From Octopus bimaculoides (taxonomy: Eukaryota), in the NCBI RefSeq assembly GCF_001194135.2, contig NC_068984.1, forward strand, positions 5,827,741-5,891,740: a DNA stretch of 64,000 nt, written 5' to 3'. The notes beneath the pieces are model-generated. The model did no database searches, was not told where the DNA came from, and worked only from the letters and a program-made list of their open reading frames with translations. A program made the translations under genes and the position numbers. Shown piece by piece: positions 51,179 through 60,804 of the stretch. Numbering within the stretch: position 1 is the stretch's first letter; every line of letters begins with the position of its first letter.

Positions 51179-53519
51179 GTAAGATGAGGGTTCAGATAGA
51201 ATCAGGCACTTGAAAAGCTATGCACCAGGTAGAGTTGGGTAGTGTCTGTGGTACCAGTATGGTTGGTGAACGTCGAAATATCAGACAGGTTATTTCGGTT
51301 GTGTACAGGCAGAAAACCAACCCTATGAGTATTTAGCGCCTGGTCCAAACCACGCGTTATTTTCTTCACTATAGTATAGCATGAAAGTATAGTAAGAGCG
51401 GTAAAAAGCTATTGATAAAAGAAAAAAACGAGACTAGGACTCGGAAACGAGTGGGGAAATCGATAGCCTAAAGGGTCAGCGAAAAAGGGAGTAAATTAGA
51501 TTGGACCTAGGTTGGGCGCTATTTTAGAGTTTTTTTAATGTCCTTAAAGTATTTAAACGTGCGGGTAGCCTTATGAGTTCAGGAAAGACGAAGGTCTAGT
51601 TTATGATTTAGTAGATTTTTCACTATCAGATCTCTTTAAAATTTCTATCGAGCATTTAATATTTGATATATGTCACAAGCAAAGTTCCAAAGTCTTGTGT
51701 TGTTGTCCACCTCGAACTGTTTGACGGGGAGACAAAGTCTAATATGAAGAAATGTATAATAAGAAAAGGTACCATATTGTAAACAAGTTTCTGTAGAGCA
51801 GTATTCAACTGTCGTTGAAATTTCGGACACGCGGTGAGACCAGCCATTAGAGCGGTCACCATAAGAACGTGTACTACGTTCCACCATACGGTAACAGATA
51901 TCATATAAAGCTTCGTTATCGATGTATAACGTTGATATTTTAACAGTATCGTATTATAAGGTTCTACAACAGAAGCAAGTACTTCACATGAAACGATTGA
52001 CATTAATATGGCAAGTTTGAACTATATCAGCAAGAACTGGCATCGAAATGCTAATATTTCTAAATTAAATGTCAGATTGAATTACAAATTATAACCTAGT
52101 GGTAATTTATTGGAAACTCTTAAAATAGTCTTTCAGTTACAAAGGCTTAATTATATGTGTCGCGCAAAAACACGGACAAACGAGACAATTTTGCATACGA
52201 GAAATCAGGACAGCGCGCCAGTATATCAGGGTTTGTAGCATACTAACCGAGTACTGGGGTCAATGTATCAGAATGCATCCTCTCAAGAACGAGATATTTT
52301 TCCAAAATAAGAAATTATGTCGGTCACATTGTGTGGAGCAAATTCAGGACGACCATAATGCTATTTATGATATTTTTGAAAGAACTGCATAAAGGATGCT
52401 GACAATAACATCAATATTACGCCACTATCTTCAATACTTGCTACCAAGTCAAGATATGGTAAAGATTGTTGTACATTTTTTAAATAAAAATTTTTAGCAC
52501 ATATTTTTTTCCCTCTAGTTTCAACTCAGAGCTGCGGCCATGCAGATGCACCGCCGTTTATTTGGATACAAAGTTAGATACAAATTTAGGACACAACTGA
52601 TAATAGATTCAAAGAAAAGTTTTACACAAACTAAGAAAGTTACATATGATGCGAGATCTAAAAGAAATAAAGCGCCTGAAAATAAATCACCTTTCAATAT
52701 CCTGTGAATGAATAGCAAAAAGTGGGAAGGAAAATAAATTACTTACGTTTGGTGAAGGAACGAAAGGACGCGTTTCTCATGCTATCAAGATAGTCTTCAT
52801 AGAGATTTCTTCATTTGTATATTCTTCGTACGCCATTCATTGCCACTGATAAGAGAGTGAATCAACTGGAAGCCGTGAAGACAGCCACAATGTTTAACTT
52901 TTGCATCCGGAACACTAGCAACCAATTCGTCACCTTCTGTGTAAATAAGGTTTGTTCCCAGTTGTTAACAGTTTCTCTTTAGCCAAAATTGAATTTCTTT
53001 GCTCGGAAAAATTAACTGAACGAATAGAATCCATTGTACAAGGTTCGAAGTCGACAAAAATAAGAATCACTTTTGATTATTATTTTACACAACAAGACCA
53101 TCCACGATTTTCCTTCCTAGCTAACAATTGTGTCGAACTGTCTTCAGCAAAATAGAGGGGGAAAAAAATTCGAGCCAAACTCAAAACTCGCTATTTATAG
53201 AAAATGTTGCAATTGTTCTTTATGCAGAACGAGGCAGAATTTGCATACGAGATTTTTGCGAGGATTGCCAATTTACTCGTGGAATGTAGATTCATTGAAT
53301 TGATATACCATAGGACAAATGTTCTAAGATCGAATCCCGTCTAAGTCATCTGATGTTTATTTTTTTTTCTAGAATTCATGAAATAAATGCACAATGACTT
53401 ACTGGGTTAGGTTTAATTGGGTGCCTATCTGACACAAAATACAATGGTTTAAAAAACTTGCCTAACCGTGGTAGAAAAAGACTGGTGAAAAGAAACACTG
53501 CCACCGCATCAATATTCTT

Positions 53520-53877
53520 TTCTACCCAAGGCAAAAGGCCAAAATTTTGGGGAGGGGACCAGTTGATTAGATCGACTCAAGTACGCAATTCGTACTTAAC
53601 TAATGGACCCTGAAAGGATGAAAGGCAAAGTCAACCTCGGCGCAATTTGAACTCAGAACGTAAAGACAGACGAAATATCGTTAAGAATTTCGTCCGGCGT
53701 GCTAACGTTTCTTATTTCTGTACTGCCCACAAGGGGCTACACACAGAGGGGACAAACAAGGACAGACAAACGGATTAGGTCGATTATATCGACCCCAGTG
53801 CGTAACTGGTAGTTATTTAATCGACCCGCTAAGCATTTCGTCCGGCGTGCTAAAGTTTCTGACAGCGCGCCGCCTTC
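53520..53877 (-). mobile_element. Two SINE family C copies, subfamily 2 abutting or nested in the head of subfamily 1
   Basis: Junction GCTAACGTTTC|TTATTTCTGTACTGCCCACAAGGGG; the second copy is internally deleted. Confidence 0.85.
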
Positions 53878-54640
53878 CACCACATCAATATTATTGATCT
53901 GGCGCCCTGCATTGTTGCAAACACGCACGCACATACACACGCTTTTCACATTTCATTAGCTACGTGCATAGATAAACTATTCCTTTCTGCAAGTGAGCCT
54001 CATCAAAATAGACAAAGCCATAAAAAGAAACAAAAAAAGAATTAATGACTACTTCTCGACTTTTATATAGAAGTATGCTTGCATGTACATGTGTATGAGT
54101 GTGTAACTGCGTGCATGTGTGTGTGTGTGTGTGCGTGTGCGTGCGTAGTGAACTGGCAGAATCGCTGGAGCGTGAGACATATAAATGTTTTGTCATATTG
54201 TTCCAACTGTTCATGCCCTGAGTTCAAATTTTGCCAAAGTCACACATGGTTTCCCCTTTCAGTTGTCAAGAAAATACTAGAGGCAGTTCCCTCTCCGAAT
54301 CTCTTTCTCAGAATCAGATTTTCTACCCTTTAAAATGAATGCGATGAACACTCCCAAAAAACCTTTCCTCCAAAGCACCCCCCCCACACACACACACATA
54401 TAATGTCTGTGACATATTTTAACTGCTAAAGGCAAAGTCACTGCAGTTACCATGGAGGAAAAATATCACTCTTATCGAAAAAATGTATAAATACACCATA
54501 TCTGTCCAGTGTTACACTCTGTCGGATGCCCAGACTTTGATGTTTCTAGTTCTTTAAACATTATCAATGGGAAATACCGAAGAGAGGCAACTCTGAACAA
54601 ACTTAATCAAAGCGCTAGCTTTAACTAAAATACAATCCAC

Positions 54641-54778
54641 AATATTCTTTTCTACTCTAGGCACAAGGCCCGAAATTTTGGGGGAGAGGGCCAGTCGATT
54701 AGATCGACCCCAGTACGCAGCTGGTAGTTAATTTATCGACCCCGAAACGAGGAAAGGCAAAGTCGAAATCGGCGGAAA
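54641..54778 (-). mobile_element. 5'-truncated SINE family C with TSD
   Basis: Flanks AATACAATCCACAATATT and AATACAGTCCACAATATT (1 mismatch). Confidence 0.85.
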
Positions 54779-55479
54779 TACAGTCCACAATATTGACTGA
54801 TTTACACCAGTAAACGGCCAAAGTCGTGAAAATTACAATAATATCAGCGCCAAGCAGTTGTTTATGCATAAGCAAACTTTCAGTTAGTTAGAATATGTTT
54901 GTAACATGTTTCAAATGCTAAAGGCAAAGTCCTTGCAGCTAACACGGAGAAAAAATTCTCTTACGTTAAAAAAAGTGTAAAAACAATATCTGTAATTGGT
55001 TTCCCACCTCTCCTGACATTACTGTCCATGTACCAAAATTTGAAACCAATACCCCTAGATATGATGGTGTTTAAGTGTATACTCAAATACATACATACAC
55101 ACACATTTACATACATATATTATGTTGAAATGTAGATGCATGTACAGGATTGCCGAATGGGGTGGTGAACCCCAGGGCTTGTCTCTTGATAAAAGTTCAA
55201 ATGACCAAGCTGTTGGAAGCTCTGAATTTTTAACAATTTTAACAATATTTCAAGTCTTCATATCGTTAAGTTATGGTTTAAAGAGTCGATTTTCGTCGGG
55301 AAGTTTTCTATGGCCAATGGCCTTTAGCACCAACAATAACACTGTTTTTACAAAATAACAAAATAATGTTAACAATTGTCCAATTAATTGAAAAATTATT
55401 GAAAGCTTAAACACGTTTCAAAAATTATTAGTTCATTAAGAGTTCATTAATGCAATATTGAAAATTCTCATAATTAATC

Positions 55480-56180
55480 AAAAAATGATTTTCGTGTCTT
55501 CTTCAAACCAAATATTATTATTATTTCACTGAGGTCATTCTTCTCCTGAAGATCGCTCTCCATGTTAAGTGAGAACGACTAAGTCATACAACCTTTTGTC
55601 ATCACCATCTTCACGAAGCTCTCGATGAACTTTGCATAGTCTAAAAATCTCTCAACTGATTCTACCGTAAATAGTAATGTGTAGAATAGCTTTTCAAAAG
55701 CAGTGAGTTGCTAAAATCGTTAGCACATCGGACAAAGTGCTTAGAGGAGGCATTTCATTTGGGTTTTTACGTTCTGATTTGAAATCCTGCTGAGGTCAAC
55801 TTTGTCTTTTATAGTTTTGGGATCGATAATATAAAGTACCAAAGAAATATTGGGGCAGGAATGAAATTAACTTGTCCTTTCCGTTCGAAACTGCTGATCT
55901 TGAACCCTGCAACAGACTTCTTTCAGGAGGACACGCCGTGATCTTTGGGTTCAAAAATATATTTCAGAGCAATACATGCATTTTACAAAAATTGGCAAAT
56001 AACTTGTACGTTTTGGTGTAAAAGCTCATTTGGTTCCCATATCTTCGTCATAAATTGCCTTCAGGTGTTCCCTCTATCTTCTGAAAGAGCTTCTGAGTCT
56101 TTCTCCAATATCTTGAGCATGAAAGGTTCAGCTCGTCTTCTGTCATGCTTCGATATTCTCACAGAACACAAAGCATTTTA
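55480..56180 (-). mobile_element. Possible very decayed Tc1/mariner 5' fragments, split by a SINE C copy (55700-55900, +)
   Basis: Weak HTH-like peptides (HLKAIYDE; IYG; ESDLQEK); no catalytic motifs seen. Confidence 0.3.
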
Positions 56181-56439
56181 TTGTTCTTACCGAATCAAAT
56201 TGCTTTTATACCCTGTCAGTTACCGAATTAATAACAACAAATAAGCATACCGTTACGGTTTTTAGGAACCATCACGAAGATTTTCTTGCCCGTTCTCTTC
56301 TGGTTCATTATCACCCTTAATGACCAAGAGGTCTCGCTCTTTTCTTAACTCTCTTCTATGATAGGATCTCTAGACTGTATGATATGGGCTCTGGTATGAA
56401 GTTGCGTCGCTTACTGGTTGAGGAATTCGGCTCACAATT

Positions 56440-56920
56440 GTAAAGTCAGCCTTCAGTAAAGCCATGTATTGTGAAAATATCGATTAGTATCCTTTCAACA
56501 ACTCTCCAAACGTTGTAGTCCATGGGATTGCAATCCGGTGTGTTTGGAGTCCACAAGTGGAGCGCTACATGGCCATGAAGGTTGTTTGACATCAATTTTT
56601 GGGTTACGTGGGCTTTGTGAAAATGTGCTGAATTTTGCTGAAATACGTACTTCAGCCATCTAGGGTTTAATAACTGTCTCCAGCACCTCAATATATCCGG
56701 CAGTGTTAATTCTAAGAACCTACAGAAAGATGTGAGGTGACATGACATGACAGTTGTTACTCACCAATCTTAAAATCATCTCAGTAGCTGAAATTCAGAG
56801 TGCATCACTCTGGGGACATCAGAAGGATTTTTAAATAATCATTTATTACTTTTCCTGCTAAACTTTTGGTCTTGGTCGAAGTTTTTTCTCATCAGAGAAG
56901 AACCAGAACATGCCATGTTT
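56440..56920 (-). mobile_element. maT (DD37D) transposase relic
   Basis: GMFWFFSDEKNFDQDQK, PSDVPRVMH, YVFQQNSA...WTPNTPDCNPMDYNVWRVVE; 37-residue spacing. Confidence 0.85.
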
Positions 56921-57074
56921 GTGAGGGTTTATAACATTCTTAAGTAACTGCTCGGTACTGATCAAACATTTTTTTTCTTGTATCGAATATCTTCATGTAC
57001 CACAGCCCTGATAGTCCACTCCAACAACTGAAATTGTCTCACGATAGTTCTCATTAATTTCCCGGCATGAATGC

Positions 57075-57285
57075 AGCAAGCTGGCAGAAACGTTAGCACG
57101 CCGGGCGAAATGCTTAGCGGTACTTCGTCTGCCGCTACGTTCTGAGTTCAAATTCCGCCGTGGCCAACTTTGCCTTTCATCTTTTCGGGATCGATAAATC
57201 AAGTACAAGTGAAACACTGGGGTCAATGTAATCGACTAGTCACCTCCCCCAGAATTTCAGGCCTTGTACCTATAGTAGCAAGGAT
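57075..57285 (+). mobile_element. SINE family C, subfamily 1
   Basis: AGCTGGCAGAAACGTTAGCACGCCGGGCGAAATGC...TTTGCCTTTCATCTTTTCGGGATCGATAAA. Confidence 0.88.
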
Positions 57286-59174
57286 TAATTTCGCGGGATC
57301 ATTATAGATAACGGTTTGAGTACCTTTAATATACTGCAGTTTCATTATAGCGTCCCAACGTTTCGAATGTTTTTCTTTCTTTGACACAGCTGAACTATTC
57401 CTGCCAGAGGCTTCTTCCGATTCCATCCGAACTTTGCGTACATGTGTTCATACAACATTTATGGAAACAAAGACTGCGTTTGTTTTCATCATTTCGTATA
57501 TTAACAATTTACTTGCTATGGAGGATCTGAAAGAAATAAAAAAATTTATGCGTCCTCAAATACCCCTTGCACTGTGTATATATAACACGCCGTTTACATA
57601 TTTTAATTACAATATTGACTAAAATCTCTTGATATATTCTTTAGCACAATAAAAGATTGAAGCAAAACACTGTTAATGCATCAATAGGTTATATTTTTAT
57701 CGTATCTACAAAAGAATATGGCAATACTATTAATATTTATTATCAATTCTGTTACATAATGCGAAAATAAATGAAATTTTCTATTAATTGTATTTTAGAT
57801 ATTAAATTTTTGTCTCCGTATTTTTAATTTAAAATTTCCTGTTTTGCATCAGTTTGATCTAAATCCATTGATAATAAACGATTTAGATGAATGGCGAGTC
57901 AACAGGAGATGAAACCGTGTAATTTACAAACTTCAACGAGGTTAAATACAAAAATGTATTTATTTAGATGCGTTCAATTTAAATTAAAACTTTAATTGAA
58001 AACTTTAATATTGATTTTGAAGATGTGTTCGTCTGGCACGTGATTTGGCCAGAGACCTTGTGTTAAAATTGAAGCAATTAAAATCGAGCAAGAAATATTT
58101 TAGCCATCTAAAAGCACACCAACCTGTTATATTCATATTTTATGTATTTCGTGAGATAACAGTTGATTTTAAGTTTCGCTCCAAGCTGGGCTGCTTACGA
58201 CTCAATCCAGTGTATTGAGTACTATGGCAGATAATGTTTGTACTGTTGAAAATATATTTTAATATCAATTAAAGTCACATTAAACAGTAATGATAAAAAT
58301 TAAAGTTGTGTACATTTATATTTAACTTGTTGTGCTTGTATAGAATGTGTTTCTGCGTCATTAAGCTTCATCAGCGACATACATCGAATCTCTTGTTCAT
58401 AAACTATTAAGACTTGCCGCTGCCAGGCGTAAACAGCAAACAATAAATTTTCTGGAGACAGCAAAGCTTTGCTAATCAATAATAAATAAACAAATTAATT
58501 AACAAAAGGCACACTCAGCAGTTGTGATTAAAATAAAGCTGTGTTCATTATATTTATGTTCGTACATCTCACACAGACTGTGTATAAGGAGATTTTCTCT
58601 TCCTAGACAGTTACAGTAGTGAAGGTCTTTCCAAGTTTGGGTGTAAACGAACGTGTTAAACATAATTGTACGCACCCTCACAACCACATAGATATTAAGC
58701 AAAGGAATGAAGATCCTCGTATTATCATTTCTAATTAATAACGATCAATTAAATAATCATTAGAAAATTTTCATATAAATCATTATAATTGGTTTTATAT
58801 GTTCATTTCCTAATTACGTAATTACACCGTCTCATTTAATGAACAAAGGAATTCATGAGCGTCCACAAAAGAAAAACGTATTTTTCTGTGTTTTGTAGAC
58901 GTGACATGAATGCATTTGGCTGATCCCTTCTCCATATAAGGGAGAACATAATTCTGTAGAATACATATTTCTGTTTTGCTTCCGATCTAGTCAACCAGCT
59001 ATCATCAAAGACTTTCTACAAAGTTTTTTTCATCAGCAATAACTCAAAAAAAACAAACAAACAAAAAAAACAGAAATTACAGTAAAAAGAAATTAATATT
59101 TAAAACAACTATCACGAAAAATATAATAACTCACCTTTATGCAACAAAACCTTCACTGATCCATTCGTGCTACG

Positions 59175-59398
59175 AAAATATGGATTTGAAATTTTGGCAA
59201 GAGGTCAGCAATTTCGGAGAAAGAATTAAGGCAACTACATTGACCCCAGTGTTCAACAGGTATTTGTTTTATCGAACCTAAAAGGTTGAATGGTAAAGTC
59301 GACTGCGGCGGCATTTGAATTCAGGACGTAAAGCTGGAAAAATAGTCGCTCAACATTTTTTTCGGGCAGGGTACCTATTTTGCCAGCTCGCCACGTTA
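59175..59398 (-). mobile_element. SINE family C, degenerate
   Basis: TTGACCCCAGTG...GGTAAAGTCGACTGCGGCGGCATTTGAATTCAGGACG. Confidence 0.75.
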
Positions 59399-59417
59399 CT
59401 AAAATATAAATATGAAG

Positions 59418-59727
59418 ACAGTTCTATATTTGAGAGATGAGGAGTTATGTACATTATTTACATCTTTGTGAGATTAAGTTAAAACAGTACAGAGAACACC
59501 ACTGGAAAATACGAAAACTAAAAGAGGCAGCACATATGCTAGGTTTAATAAGCTCCTAGGCAAACCTAGTGCAGATATGGGTAGTATATGGGAACTGGTA
59601 TTAAGGAAGGATAGGAAAATATTAGATTTATAAGCTCTAAAACTCACTTCATAGTTGCCCCTGAGCATATAGCGTGGTGGTTAAGAGCAACAAACAAAAC
59701 GAGGACAAATATCCGTCAAATGTAAAT
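59418..59727. mobile_element. Chimeric fold-back: family E 3' end (-), Penelope endonuclease 3' fragment (+), family E head and tail stub (+)
   Basis: 59418-59463 matches 22578-22625; 59464-59660 (REHHWKIRKLKEAAHML...WELVLRKDRK) matches the reverse complement of 43380-43560; 59663-59688 is the E head; 59689-59727 is the E tail. Confidence 0.85.
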
Positions 59728-60110
59728 ATTACTCTTTTACTTGTTTCAGTCATTTGACTGCGGCCATGGTGGAGCACCGCCTTTTAGTCGAGCAAATCGA
59801 CGCCAGGACTTATTCTTTGGAAGCCTAGTACTTATTCTATCGGTCTTTTTTGCCGAACCGCTAGGTTACGGGACGTAAACACACCAGCATCGGTTGTCAA
59901 GCGATGTTGGGGGGACAAACACAGACACACAAACATATACACACACATACATATATACGACGGGCTTCTTTCAGTTTCCATCTACCAAATCCACTTACAA
60001 GGCTTTGGTCGGCCCGAGGCTATAGTAGAAGACATTTGTCCAAGGTGCCACGCAGTGGGACTGAACCCGGAACCGTGTGGTTGGTAAGCAAGCTACTTAC
60101 CACACGGCCG
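59728..60110 (-). mobile_element. SINE family A, full length
   Basis: Complete tail-to-head match with the 842 copy. Confidence 0.92.
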
Positions 60111-60604
60111 ATCTATTAATGTTGTATTAGATTCGAAAACAAATATAATGAACATAGCTTTATTTTAATCCCCACTGCTCAGAGTGCCCTTTGTTAATTA
60201 ATTTGTTTATTTATTATAGATTAGCAAAGCTTTGCTGTCTCCAGAAAATTTATTGGTTGCTGTTTACGTATGGCAGCGGCAAACTTGACAATGATTTTCA
60301 ATGCTTTAAATGTTTTCTTTCTAGATATTGGAAAATGCAAACAATCATATTTTGAGACTAAGCTCAACAATAAACGGGGTTTATGAAATTGGAACCAAAA
60401 TTTAATACTTACAACCTTCAGTGATTATAAAAAAATAAACCACCATTTGTTATGAAATAATGGATGTAAAATATCTTCTGGACTGAAAATTGAACATTCT
60501 TACTTAATATATTTTAACAGACATTAAAGGAATTTAAATGAACCAGGAAAATAATGAGAGAAATTACAAAAATCGATCGTTCATGACAAAAGAAATTAGT
60601 TCGT

Positions 60605-60800
60605 GATATTAGTTTCAAATTTGACAGAAGGCCAGCAAGTTCGGAGGAAGGGATAAGTCGATTACATCGGACCTAGTGATCAACTGATGCCTATTTTATC
60701 GATCTTGAAGGATGAAAGGCAAAATCGACATCAGCGGAATTTGAACTCAGAGCGTAAAGCCGGAAGAAATACCACTTAGTATTTTTCCCGACGCTCTAAC
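60605..60800 (-). mobile_element. SINE family C at the point where tubulin copy B homology stops
   Basis: GAAGGATGAAAGGCAAAATCGACATCAGCGGAATTTGAACTCAGAGCG. Confidence 0.8.
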
Positions 60801-60804
60801 GAAG

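Larger units (their letters stand above)
50555..53150 (-). pseudogene. TUBB: Beta-tubulin pseudogene, copy A (unprocessed, divergent)
   Basis: 52747-53060: IFVDFEPCTMDSIRS, NNWE, YTEGDELVASV, CGCLHGFQLIHSL, EDY, VPSPN|GTAAGT. 51640-51985: SVVEPYN, IDNEALYDICYR, SYGD, QLNTALQKLVYNMVPF..IHFF, RGGQQH. 51190-51370 (weaker): NST...LFK. 50887-50992: EQFTAMF...HWY. 50555-50639: YLVS*HQKYQ. Many stops, frameshifts and deletions. Confidence 0.9.
58405..60290. repeat. Long inverted repeat: arms 58405-58565 and 60130-60290
   Basis: TTGCCGCTGCC...CAATAAATTTTCTGGAGACAGCAAAGCTTTGCTAATC...ATTAAAATAAAGCT is present as a reverse complement with few mismatches. Confidence 0.88.

Noticed and set aside
51560-51640. 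Continuation of beta-tubulin (KEVDEQ region) in copy A
   Set aside because: A better match to that region lies at 51190-51370, so this stretch is more likely intron
54415-55010. Tandem duplication upstream of tubulin copy A
   Set aside because: Similarity covers only about 95 bp (54415 and 54905); more likely two copies of a small dispersed repeat
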